20,000 nucleotides of DNA from Catajapyx aquilonaris (GCA_000934665.2 KZ538505.1:46152-66151); one strand, 5' to 3'. Positions 1-10,507 are shown, counted from the stretch's first letter. Notes: generated by a model not told the origin, from the letters alone. Numbers and translations are program-made.

Positions 1-145
1 TGGTGACATTGATTTTTAATTCACTTTTGGGCAACATTGAATGATTTCAATTCAAGCATGGTAGATTTTTGGAATGATTGGGTGGGAGAGTCTGCAAGTG
101 TCATTTCTTTATGAATGGCTTGTGACCCACTTCTAATTTTAATAG

Positions 146-500
146 ATCATACCCAACTTTCACCCATCACTGGTTGAGCAAGTTCGTCAGGGGATATTTA
201 CTTCCCTGCGCCAGATTCGTGAAAAGCGAGTTCTAGCTTCGTTATCTCCACTTTTGGACAATCCTAAGTTGGACAAGGAACTTCGGCTTTTAGTTCGAGA
301 CTCCTTTGGGGAATTCTGCTCCTCATCTCCACCTGGTGAGGGCAAAGTGGAAGACAGCATGGCTGCCTCCTCAGGATCTGGAGCAGTAGAGGATGACATT
401 CTTCACGCTGATGGTAGCAATCACCACCCAATTCCAAATCATGTGGACCAAGAGCCAACTTTTAGTGATGATGATGATGATGAGGATGATGTTCCCCTTG
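146..500 (+). CDS. INTS3: Integrator complex subunit 3, internal exon (gene begins upstream of window)
   Basis: Acceptor aatag|146 and donor G|gtatgt at 501 (phase 1). Translates IIPNFHPSLVEQVRQGIFTSLRQIREKRVLASLSPLLDNPKLDKELRLLVRDSFGEFC...FSDDDDDEDDVPL, matching the recalled INTS3 motif IIPNF..VRQG..EKRVL..L.PL.DNPKLDKELR. Confidence 0.95.
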
Positions 501-610
501 GTATGTGTGTCTGCCTTACTTGTTGTTTTTTTTGTCAATGGGGCATCACATTCATCAGTTGCCCTTTTATTTCCTGTACACTATAAGAAATAGTTGCCAT
601 GTTGGATATA

Positions 611-1215
611 CAGTAAAACTTCTATAAGTCGAATCTCCACAGGACCGGGAAAAAACTTCGAGTTATAGAAGATTCGAGTTAGAGAAGTTTGGATTTTTTT
701 AAGCACAGAACTCTATAAGGAAGCAGCCTACCTTTATATCCAGCGACCAAAGGCTGGTGTTCAAAACTTCTAAATAATGAGGAACATTGTAGTGTGACAG
801 TGACAGTTTTGTTGTAAAAAACTCCGTTATGGACATTTGTCTGCTCTTAAATCGGCTCTCACTCTTAATAAAGGATTCAATTGTCACAATCGAGTCGAAC
901 ACTTCTTTTGGTCATTACTGGTAGACGGAGATCAGGAAATTGAGTATTTCTGTACGTGTGACCTACTCTCGACCCTTCGACTGGGAAATGGGAAAATATT
1001 TTCTGTACTTGCCAACATGAACTTCGACTTACTAGGGAGACTGAAAATGCATTGATATCCCATCGTAAGGCCCTGCCTGCACTTCGAGTTATGGAGAACT
1101 TCGAGTTATAGAAATTCGAGTTAGGGAAGTTTATTTCCTATTATTTTACATTGTGGCCAACCAAGGTCATAATTTTCTTCGACTTAGGGAAGTTCGACTT
1201 ATGGAAGTTTTACGG
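611..1215. mobile_element. pogo/Tigger-like (Tc1/mariner superfamily) MITE
   Basis: 23-bp TIRs cagtaaaacttctataagtcgaa / ttcgacttatggaagttttacgg, TA on both flanks, and about 8 subterminal ttcga(g/c)tta repeats. Confidence 0.88.
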
Positions 1216-1338
1216 TATTAAGGAAAGGATTAATACTTGCTCAACACCAGTGCCATTTGGCCACCCCAAAAAAATGTAGTGGTGGGGTAATAAACAAAAT
1301 GTGATAAAAAATCACCGTTAAGATTATCTGGACTTTAG

Positions 1339-2238
1339 AATAGCTCATTATGAAGTGTAACAATGTAGTTAGGCAGATACTAGGCCTACAGTTGAAATTG
1401 ATTTGACAGTTGAAGAGGCGTTTACATGTGAGCGATTTGACGACCGATGTCATCGCCGAGGGGTAACATCATTGAGTAACCCAAGTAACCAGTATTGTTT
1501 GAGGTGAAAATCTATTGTTATTTTCACCTCAAACGATATCGGTTACTTCACTCGTCAAATCGCTCACATGTAAATGCACCTTACCAACCGACATAAATAT
1601 GATGAGACTTGGACAGTGAATTTCCCTGGGGTCTGGTAAAAATTGCTGCCACTACATTTATATGATACTTAGCAGGACATTAATTTTAATAATGAACATG
1701 AGAGCCACACAAACTGGAAGACAGCATTACAACTAATTACAAAAAATCTACCAAGGAATTTAAAAATGCAATGGCTCGCTGACTTTTTCTGAAATTGCTA
1801 CACTTTGGTGTACAACATTTAATGGTGTTATTTATGAATTTAAAAAATGTGATGTCATGGTTTATTTAGACCTCAGTCCAATGTGCTACGATAAAAAATT
1901 TCAATTGAATTAATGTGAAATGGCTTTTAAAATCCCTGCATTCAAAAATGCACAGAAAGTTCGACATCTGCAAGCCGTGATAAACATTTTAAAATTCCGT
2001 GGTGGATTTTTTGTAATTAATTTTTATGCTGTTTTCAAGTTTGTGTGGCCCCCCAGGTTCATTATTAAATTTAATGTCCTCCTAAGTAACATATAAATGT
2101 AGTGGTAGCAATTTTTACCAGACCCCACGGTAATTCACTGTCCAAGTGTAATCATATTTATGTCAGTTGTTGACTGTCAAATCAATTTCAACTTTGGTGT
2201 CAGCCTAACTACATTGTTATGCTTCATAATTATCTATT
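1339..2238. mobile_element. Foldback-type element with long (about 270 bp) degenerate inverted arms
   Basis: 1339-1410 plus 1584-1780 is the reverse complement of about 1975-2238 (e.g. ggggtctggtaaaaattgct / agcaatttttaccagacccc). Exact termini and TSD unclear. Confidence 0.8.
1415..1580. mobile_element. Small PIF/Harbinger-like MITE nested in the left arm of the foldback element
   Basis: TIRs gtttacatgtgagcgatttgacga / tcgtcaaatcgctcacatgtaaat, internal hairpin tttgaggtgaaaat / attttcacctcaaa, TTA on the right flank. Absent from the opposite arm of the host. Confidence 0.8.
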
Positions 2239-2239
2239 A

Positions 2240-2844
2240 CTAGCAGGTTACCCGGCGTTGCCCGGGTATGTTGGGATGCTGTTAAAGGTACGGGTATATT
2301 TTAGGAAGTTTGTTTGTTTGTCAAATTTGCGTTCCGTACACTGGAACTCGTTACACCTTAAAATAAGGCCAAGTTACAATAAGCCAAAGTTCGTCACTAT
2401 CTGTGATAGATTGCCTGCTTTGGTTATAGCGTATAGTCAATGTAGACATTCTGAATGGATGTGTAAAAAGAGGAATTGGGATGGAGTTGTCCCAGGAAAA
2501 GACTGCACAGCCATGTTTTTTTCCCCAGAATATTTGACCCTATGACCCCTCAACCCCACCTCACACCCCCACCTCGTTCCAACTGTTTGCCCTGAAGAAC
2601 TTGAGAAATGTACATACAGATGCCTGGTGGGAAATTTTGTTTTCAACACTGCGTAATTTAAAAGAAAAAATCATTTTTTTGTATTAATTTGTGTCGGGAA
2701 GTCTAATTTCAAATCTACAAAATCCCAGAATGACCATACCATATGAACTCACGTGAGGGGGCCAATTAGCGTAATTGGCGGATGAGTTGAATAATTTACG
2801 GCGATGGGACTTGTAAAAAAAAAAAGATGCGCAAGATATATAGA
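2240..2844 (-). mobile_element. Non-autonomous Helitron
   Basis: On the minus strand it starts A|TCTATATA and ends CTAG|T. GC-rich hairpin tacccgg-cgttgc-ccgggta lies about 5 nt before CTAG. Inserted at AT with no TSD. Confidence 0.8.
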
Positions 2845-3025
2845 TGCAATGCAAATGCATTACTTTGATAGGTATTGTTGCATAAGGGCATTTCCATGGG
2901 ATTGCGAACTTGGGAAAAGATAAATTGTTGTTGTTGCTATAGAAGTTGATGTAATTATGTTAAGTAGGGAGAAGATTCGGGAATATGCGTGTTGTGGGAG
3001 TTAGGTTCATTTTTGGAAGCTGAAA

Positions 3026-3156
3026 NNNNNNNNNNNNNNNNNNNNNNNNNNNNNNNNNNNNNNNNNNNNNNNNNNNNNNNNNNNNNNNNNNNNNNNNNNN
3101 NNNNNNNNNNNNNNNNNNNNNNNNNNNNNNNNNNNNNNNNNNNNNNNNNNNNNNNN
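3026..3156. other. Assembly gap (N run) followed by poly-C (3157-3185)
   Basis: Seen directly. Confidence 0.99.
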
Positions 3157-3188
<32 letters not shown>

Positions 3189-3388
3189 TCCATTTTTTGG
3201 GGTTGGGCGGTCGGCACTAGTGTAGGACAAGTACAGTTAAACTTTAATTCATTGTCACATACTTTGTGTAATTTGACGTGATTCATGTTTTCCAGCTGTT
3301 ACTAATGCGATTATATCTGCGTTGTAGTTTACAATATATATACAAAATATGCGAAATTTTACTTGTAATTTGAAGGAAGTACAAGTTA

Positions 3389-3812
3389 CCGTATCTACGC
3401 GGATATAAGACGCACACGCGTATAAGACGCACCCTGGTTTTGAGGCGAAAAATCGTGGAAAATCGCTTGTTGACTTATATAAGATGCACCCAGATTTATT
3501 GCCGTAGTTTGGGAACTGGCCTCGAGCTGCCGGCAGCAACCTCGTGTGCAATGCATGTGCAATCCATGTGCGTGTGGAATCCATTAGAATCCAGTAAAAA
3601 GGGGGGGGCAAGTGGAAAATGGGACAATGCTATGCATCTGAAAGGTATAGGTGGCAAGGTCACACCGGAATTGTGCACGTGTGTTGACGATTTCTCACGG
3701 GTTTCACCCGTTGTGCCCTGCCGTATAAGACGCACACACGTATAAGACGCACCCTACTTTTTGAGCTACAAAAATCGGAAAAAAGGTGCGTCTTATATGC
3801 GCGTAAATACGG
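3389..3812. mobile_element. pogo/Tigger-like MITE
   Basis: TIRs ccgtatctacgcggatataagacgcac / gtgcgtcttatatgcgcgtaaatacgg, TA flanks, and repeated tataagacgcac motifs at both ends. Confidence 0.9.
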
Positions 3813-3931
3813 TATGCTCGTATTATGGCTGAATTTCTGTGTGTGATGCATGTGTTCGTATGGTTTACATATCTACCGTAATAATTATGTACAATTTCGT
3901 TGCATAAAACTATTCTGATATCATCTTCCAG

Positions 3932-4410
3932 CCAGGGTTCGTCTGAAAAAGAAAGGTGGTGGAGCAGGAAATGTGTCAGCTCGTAGAAGAAGTTCCCCAT
4001 CCCCACCTCAGATGGACACTTTAGATCCTGAGCTAAGACGCTTAGTTCACCAGCTTCGTGGAGAGAACGATGATGAACGCCGTTGTGACCTGACTGAAAA
4101 ACTAGTCCAGGCTGTGATCCAGGATGGCCTGGACTCAGAGTCTGCTGCAGCCCTGGCCACTTGCTTGGAGCCTCTCATAGCAGACCACTTCCTGACTCCA
4201 CTGATGCCCCAACAACAGAAGGGCGGAGAAGAGGAGGAGATGGATCAGGAGGCATTGGAAGACAGTGTTGGACGACCTGTGTTTGTGTTGGTGCGGAATT
4301 TGACTCAGATGGAGCAGGATGACCTGGGTCGCTCACACTTGTTAACCTTGTTGGTAGAGCTGCAGAGTAGAGATCCACGACTAGCACATCATCTGCTCTT
4401 CTTCCTCAAG
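3932..4410 (+). CDS. INTS3: INTS3 internal exon
   Basis: Acceptor ttccag|3932 is phase-compatible with the previous exon (A-RVRLKKK...RCDLTEKLVQ...EDSVGRPVFVLVRNL...HLLFFLK). Donor aag|gtgagc at 4411. Confidence 0.92.
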
Positions 4411-4578
4411 GTGAGCAGGGTTTAGTCAATGTCATGCTGTTATACAATGAACAGGTTGTGAATTGCAAGGTTCAGCCAAATGATACCAATGATACTCATT
4501 ATGATTAATCCCAGGAACAAAAAGTACTACATAATGTGCCTTGTCACAGAGTATTTTATAATTTTTCTCTCTTATTAG

Positions 4579-5400
4579 GCATCAAAATTGGCCAATGGTC
4601 GCACATATGTATACGAGGAATTCTGCCAGGCACGAGGCTGTGGGTCACTTGACGAGTGCCTGGTGACTGACCTTCGGTGCTGTCAGGAGGAGGATGTTGC
4701 CCTTTTCTGCTGGCTTGTAGCCGAGGCATATTCATGGTTCCCATCTTCAGCAGTGGGCAACTCAGAGCTCCTCCATCTTGTTGTGTCAGTAATTGATGCT
4801 GCCCAACTGCAAGAGCTTGTTTGCCGGGTCCTGCAGGGTTGGCTTGTCATGTTCAGGAAAGACTCCTTTCTCAATGTACTGACAGCCAGCCTTGATTGGG
4901 AAACTTGGGAGCAGAACTGTTTGTGGCAATTGGTCTCCGCACACAACATACCAGTTGACTACATTCTCCCTTTCCTTCCAAAGTTACGGTTTGGTCCTCA
5001 CGCTGAGGCATTAACAGCCATCTTGTTACGGTTAAGGCAAGAGAAGCCAACTCTTGAATTGTTGAGGCCATTGCTAGCGAGGCCAATAAGACCTAAAGAT
5101 CAGTTTGTGGTGTCATCGCTTCGGTTCTGGTCACTGGAACATGAGGAGGAGTTGGCTGATGCAGTGGGAACAGCACTTGGATCAGCAGCCCTTGCACTGG
5201 GAGGTGGACTAGGGACAACAGGAAAGAGGAAAAGGACAGGTGCAGGGGCTAAAGGTGGGAGTGGGAGTGTGATGGGTGTGGGGACCCTTGGTGGAGGAGC
5301 GAGTGTGGATCAGGTTTTAGCGCACCTGGACAGACTCAGACAAGCATGCAAGCAGACGGGGTTCTTCCAGAGGGATCCCATACAGGCTGCCCTGCAGCAG
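4579..5400 (+). CDS. INTS3: INTS3 internal exon (C-terminal helical domain)
   Basis: Acceptor ttattag|4579, 822 nt, phase 0/0, donor cag|gtaaga. Contains DLRCCQEEDV, SLDWETWEQNCLWQL.AHNIP and HAEALTAILL.L..EKP, typical of INTS3. Confidence 0.95.
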
Positions 5401-5869
5401 GTAAGAATTGTCTCTGTTGTGTCTTAAGAGGTAAGCCTGCTGATTGGAAATATTCTGGATGTGGATTTCACTTATAAAGCCTGTCAAAGTGAATGCAGGT
5501 TGACAATCTCTTATCTGAAACTCCGAAAACAAAAGTTTTTCAATAGAGATTATCTGAGCTTTTTTAGCCATCTTTTGGTGCCAGGCATGTCCTGGCCCAC
5601 AATGCTGAAGCAATTAATGTTCCCTCATTTTCATGATCCAAAATGTAGGGTATTGTGGTTTTACTGCATGTGGTATATGTACAAGTATTTAAGGGTATGA
5701 CCTATTCCTGGAATGTACAAGGGCATATGATTTGTACAAACTGTGTTACCATTCTGAAGTCCCAAAAGGTCAGAACTCTGCAAAGTGTCCGGTACCAAGG
5801 GTTTCATGTAAGAATATTGTCAACTTGTAGTTTTTCCAAGTTTCCCCACCAATTTTCTCTCCTCCACAG

Positions 5870-6187
5870 GCACGAGCTGCAATCCCTGAGTCAACCAAGA
5901 AACGTTTCAGCGATCTATTTGCTCTTGCTGAGATTGAGGAAATTGACACCCCACCACCATCAAGGAGCTCTAAAGGTCGCCAGAGGAAGGCTGCCATGGC
6001 ATCCACCACTTCCACAACCACCACATCCACCTCAACTAAGGGAAAGAGCAGCAGGGTAGGACCCACTGCCAGCAACTGGGAGCCCTCAGACTCTGACTTT
6101 GACTCCAGTGAAGAAGAAGAAGTGGTCAAGCCAAGGTTGCCCAAGAAAAGGAAAAAAGCCAACCCAGTCAATTCAGATTCAGATTGA
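5870..6187 (+). CDS. INTS3: INTS3 terminal exon
   Basis: Acceptor ctccacag|5870. Translates ARAAIPESTKKRFSDLFALAE...SSEEEEVVKPRLPKKRKKANPVNSDSD*, with TGA at 6185-6187. FSDLF.LAE and the terminal KKRK..SDSD are INTS3 hallmarks. Confidence 0.95.
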   Translation, partial: ARAAIPESTKKRFSDLFALAEIEEIDTPPPSRSSKGRQRKAAMASTTSTTTTSTSTKGKSSRVGPTASNWEPSDSDFDSSEEEEVVKPRLPKKRKKANPVNSDSD

Positions 6188-6271
6188 TGAACAATTTGTA
6201 TCATGTGTACATAACGACTTCATACACCCTGCACATGCCATCATAACATTTTACCTTGATATGTCAATAAT

Positions 6272-6277
6272 AATAAA
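6272..6277 (+). terminator. Candidate polyadenylation signal of INTS3
   Basis: AATAAA 85 nt after the stop codon. Confidence 0.55.
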
Positions 6278-6304
6278 ATAAGATTTAAGGTATCATGGAA
6301 CAAA

Positions 6305-6310
6305 TTTAAT
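6305..6310 (-). terminator. Candidate polyadenylation signal (ATTAAA) of metaxin
   Basis: Plus-strand tttaat reads ATTAAA on the minus strand, about 30 nt after the predicted metaxin stop. Confidence 0.35.
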
Positions 6311-6338
6311 GATTTTAAAACAAGGGAATGGAGTCATG

Positions 6339-6413
6339 TTATTGCTCCTCGCCAAACACGGAATCAGACATCTTTTTGTGGACGAGACGTGACTTGGATC
6401 CGCTACCCAGACC
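6339..6413 (-). CDS. MTX1: Predicted metaxin terminal exon 6
   Basis: Branch-like gactaat, pyrimidine tract and tttcag| acceptor. Phase-0 reading GLGSGSKSRLVHKKMSDSVFGEEQ* gives a 972-nt CDS (323 aa). Supported by splice signals only, with no homology support. Confidence 0.55.
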   Translation of the reverse strand, partial: GLGSGSKSRLVHKKMSDSVFGEEQ

Positions 6414-6866
6414 CTGAAATACGAAGGCCCATGATTAGTCACTGGTAAGTAATGAGTGCACATATATTCTAACGGATTGCTTGAAGTAGTCCCAATCCAT
6501 CATGCTGATCCCATTCCCCAACACAGGGGCAACTTTGGTGTCAAGGTCTCAGACACAGTTGTCATGTCACTCAAGGTAGCTGGGAAATTATATGCACGAT
6601 ATGACAACTCCATATTTTGCAAGGGAAGAATTTGGAATGGAGAAAGACAAGGTGGTGGGTCTGGCTGCCCCCATGCGATTGGTTCAAGTTTACAAGGCCT
6701 GGACAAAAAATCATGAACATGTATCAGTAGCATAACGTCGAGTAATTGTTTCGCAGCTAGTCGGCCTTTGCATCCCTTTCTTCCTTTTCTTCATAAAACA
6801 TCCATCCCAACTGATTAATTTCTTCCACCTGGATGTGAGTTCGAAAATCCCTATGCAGCACGACTC

Positions 6867-7079
6867 CAAGGGTTGAAATATTTGCATGAAAAGGTGCACC
6901 TTGCACTCCAAACTGAGCCTTGAAGTGCTAAGTTTGTACTCAAATTGGTAGTGCTTTATTACATGGCTAAACCGAGTAATTTAAAAATAAATAATTCCAA
7001 GTATGAAATTTGCACTCCAAATTAAGGTCTTGGAGTGCAAACTTGGTACCTGGACAAAAAATTTAAGATTCAACCCTTG
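6867..7079. mobile_element. Small degenerate TIR element in metaxin intron 5
   Basis: 11-bp inverted termini caagggttgaa / ttcaacccttg, internal ttgcactccaa repeats, and a perfect 12-bp hairpin (7009-7041). No TSD found. Confidence 0.45.
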
Positions 7080-7894
7080 CAACTGTATTTCAATGGCTTG
7101 AACATTGATATATGGCTTTCTCATAGGAACAATTTAAAGAAAAAATATGAAGGTCTATTTATTCCCGAATCCAAAAAAATAAAGCATGAGTGTATCAAAC
7201 AAGGAAGCCCACTATGATGTCAATGTTTATGAACTACTGGAATGAAGTACTCCTACAAAAGCATTTACAAATCCCTGCAAGAGTGTCAAAATTTATATCA
7301 ATTGGGGCAGCATGTAAAAATGAAGAAAGAATGAAGACCTCAGGTTAGGAATTCGTGACTGTGCAGCAATTCCTTTCGGTGCATGCACAATATCCAGTGT
7401 GTTTCATGAGTCACCACATTATTGTGGTTTCACCATGGCGAGATGCACTTAGGCACCACACAAATTTGGTTCACTCATTCGGGCACACTCTCTGAAATGC
7501 CCCGTGCCTCCACCCCGACTACCACCATTTTGTCACTTAGGAAAGATCTTCCATTTGATCCTGTCACCTCACATTCAATTTTATATTGACAGTGAGTTTA
7601 CATTGTGGGAAAGACCACTTAAATAAAAAATTTTCAACAGTGTGACTCCCTTCTAAACATGAAGGTGAGGTTGCTGGGGGGGTTAGCATCAATGCAATTT
7701 TTACTGATAGTCTGATACACATGTGAGTTAACATCCAAAACACAAGTTGTAATTTGCATCTGCATTGTCAGAAATGCTGCAAATGAACAGTAGTCAGATT
7801 CATCAGGTACCAAAAATGCAATGGTTTCAATATTACTCAAAAAGCAACAGTTCTGAGAAATGGTCCTATAATAATAATTATTCAGATCTGGTCA

Positions 7895-8272
7895 GTGTGT
7901 TTTGGTCCTTCTCCAGGAAGTTGGGGAGGGGGCGTGGCCTCTACCCGAGCGTTTTTGGTGCCTCTCCAGAAAGTTGGAGAGGGGGGAAAAGGGGGGGTGA
8001 AATGGGCGGAGCTCTCCACAAATTCCCAAAAAGTGTCTTCTCTCCTCGGAGGTGGAAGAGACTCTCAGGAGAGGGGGATGGCCTTCCATCTTGGCCAGGG
8101 TCCTCGCCTTGCTCTCTTCTCAACTGTTTTGAGTGTTTTCTCCCCTAGCTACACCATTCCGCCCGTTTTTGGGTTTAATAGTGGAGAGGGGAGATGTGGG
8201 GGATATTCCGGAAGCCCCGCCCTCTTCCACCTCTCCTCTCCATCTTCCTGGAGAGGGACCAAAAACACCCCC
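7895..8272. mobile_element. Purine/pyrimidine-skewed MITE (PIF/Harbinger-like)
   Basis: Imperfect TIRs gtgttttggtccttctccaggaag / cttcctggagagggaccaaaaacac, plus an extra internal TIR-like copy at about 7948-7985. Confidence 0.7.
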
Positions 8273-8547
8273 TAGTAGTCAGCTGTAGTAGCCAAGTCCC
8301 TGGTGGACGATTCTGCCCTTAGCATCGATATTATAAGACCGTGGATTCTACTTATGATCCCCCCGATGCTACTAATGCCAGAATCATGCCAGGGACTCGG
8401 TTACTTCAGCAGCACCAGGTTGCCAACCCCACTCCCTACAGGTGGAAGAATGTGGTGCACAGCAGTGTCCATAAGGCTGGGGTAGGAGTGTCAGGGGGCT
8501 GGTCCAAGAAGTACCCAGGCATGCAAGTGATAAGTGTTTTTCCTTAC

Positions 8548-8711
8548 CATACTTGTAGGCAAAATTCCAGCAGAAACAGCATATCCCCATGTAGCCACCA
8601 CAGCAATGAGGACGGCCAGAAATCGATTCATAAATCTGCTTGAAGACTCGCCATCCTCGGAGTCCTTCCTGGAAGTTAGTCTTTGGAAAACTCCAGGATG
8701 AATTGCAGCAT
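8548..8711 (-). CDS. MTX1: Metaxin exon 5, C-terminal transmembrane anchor
   Basis: Acceptor tttgacag| is phase-compatible. Translates DAAIHPGVF...RFLAVLIAVVATWGYAVSAGILPTSM, a hydrophobic anchor as in metaxin-1. Strong donor ATG|gtaagg. Confidence 0.85.
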
Positions 8712-9146
8712 CTGTCAAATGAGTAAGCCAGTTTAATATAAAGGCTGTATGTTTATATAGACTCCGTAACACTGACTGTGAGTGACATTTTATAGTATTT
8801 ACAGTACTACACTGTACTCATGATAATCCAGGTGAGGATTATTATCCATCCAATGCATAAACAATAGAAATAAAAGAATGGCAATATGTCTCGCAAACAA
8901 TGAAATACACCAGATTTTTTTTACAGAAGACAAACTGAAAATATATGGTAAGGTTTATTATTTTGATTACACCTTATTTGAAGCACCATGCAGTGTGTGC
9001 AGCAGTTCATTTTAAACCTCTGAATATCTCATTGTTACAGTATCTAGGACCATTTTTGGATTATCCATATTTTCAGATTTTCCAGGCACACTTGTGCATT
9101 CATTAGCACAGATAACAGTATCCTTCAAAATAACACTTTTTTTCTA

Positions 9147-10297
9147 TTTTCTTAAGATTTGAATAGTGATTCCTATTTGTACTTTCTGCACTGAATCCGA
9201 ATATTGCTGTGAGGCTGTGATTGCTGTGAGGCACAGTTTTTGAGATATAGCGTTTTAAAGTTTGGACCGGTTTATTAGGGGTCTTTCCGAATCAAGTGGG
9301 CCTAAATGTTCCTAGACCGCCTCAGATCTTGGTGAAAATAATCACAGATATACTCAACTATTCCTTAATGCTGCTTATAAAGGTTCAGCCATATTGCGAT
9401 ATACCATGATGAGGAAAAAAATCGCAAAAATATGGAAATGGACGAAAATGAGGCCTTTTTTGGAGATTTTTTTTTTTGTTAGTGGAAGTGGTCAAAAGCC
9501 AATGAAATATTATACAGGGTGTTTCAGAGTCACGGGTCAAGCACGCACGAGGGGGTGGGGAAAAATCATAGGTGGCGACAACCCCGGTCGGTTTTATAAA
9601 ACAATTAGAAATAAGGCAATAATCAATTTATTTATTATGCCCGTACGGCGTGACATCACATCCTTTCTGTTCGAATTGACTGGCATGGACTGGCAGACGT
9701 GCAGTGGGTTGAACCTGGTTGAACGGCATTTTAGTCTTGCGGGTTACACTGAAAAAGGCCATTCTATACCGGCACGGTATTGTACACACTACAGTAGTAC
9801 ACTACTTTGTACAGTGCTGTATCCTACAGGTATAGTATGAGAGCACCTTTTTCAGTGCAACCCGCAAGGCTAAAATCCTGTTCAACCAGGTTCGACCCAC
9901 TGCACTAGCCAGTCCGCGCCAGTCAATTCGAACAGAAAGGATGACAGCCGTAATAAATAAATTGATTACTCCAGTATTTCTACTTGTTTTATAAAATCGA
10001 CCGGGTTGTCGCCACCTACGCTTTTTCCCCACCCCCTTGCACACACTTGATCCGTGACTCTGAATCACCCTGTATAAGTTCATTGGGCATTAAGGAATAG
10101 TTGAGTACATCTGTGATTATTTTCACCAAGATCTAGCAACATTTAGGCCCACTTGATTCGGAAATACCCTTAGTAAACCGGTCCAAACTTTAAAACACTA
10201 TATCTCAAAAACTGTGCCTGACAGCATAGTTCTAATTACAGATTTGGAATCAGCGGCGAAAATACTTATTAAAACCCATATCATAACCTGAGAAAAT
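9147..10297. mobile_element. Long-TIR MITE (host of a nested element) in metaxin intron 4
   Basis: 9224-9371 is the reverse complement of 10088-10226 (e.g. tttaaagtttggaccggttta / taaaccggtccaaactttaaa). Weaker pairing extends outward, so the ends are approximate. Confidence 0.75.
9515..10072. mobile_element. Nearly fully palindromic Tc1/mariner-type MITE, nested
   Basis: TA|cagggtg...caccctg|TA, with arms of about 250 bp pairing almost to the centre. Confidence 0.92.
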
Positions 10298-10507
10298 TTA
10301 CCCTTGTCGAATGTAATCAGGAGTACAGTGTATGGTGGAAAGAAGTAAGGCTCCTTAAAACAATCCAGAAGTGTATGCCAAAAGCTGCTCAGATATCTGA
10401 CTGACTGGTCTGTTCGCACACAATTTTCTTGAAACCAGTCTCAATTGATGGGGGAAATTAATGAAAGAAATATTGCATTCACCAATCATGGTATCCAGCA
10501 CCCATAC

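Noticed and set aside
655..1200. CRISPR-like spaced repeats (ttcgagtta; also tataagacgcac at 3400-3800)
   Set aside because: Short, irregularly spaced subterminal repeats inside TA-flanked MITEs in eukaryotic DNA, with no cas genes.
3011..3025. 15-bp match ttttggaagctgaaa to the duplicated segment at 16268 (14 bp of it also at 13846)
   Set aside because: Short, adjacent to an N gap, and upstream similarity is not collinear; chance or a gap-edge artefact.
2955..3286. Poly-Gly and poly-Pro ORFs
   Set aside because: Produced by the N gap and poly-C run.
7750..7810. Hammerhead ribozyme candidate (minus-strand CTGATGA with atctg/cagat pairing)
   Set aside because: The GAAA core is missing (gcaaa) and there are no convincing stems I and III.
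7634..7840. Alternative metaxin terminal exon (MQITTCVLD...)
   Set aside because: Weak acceptor context and no homology; the 6413 acceptor has better branch and pyrimidine signals.
8391..8404. 13-bp match gggactcggttac shared with the solo LTR (about 18954)
   Set aside because: No flanking similarity; compatible with chance.
9394..10083. Pair of similar ORFs on opposite strands (148 and 93 aa); likewise 17993-18803
   Set aside because: Artefact of translating the two arms of palindromic MITEs; no transposase motifs.
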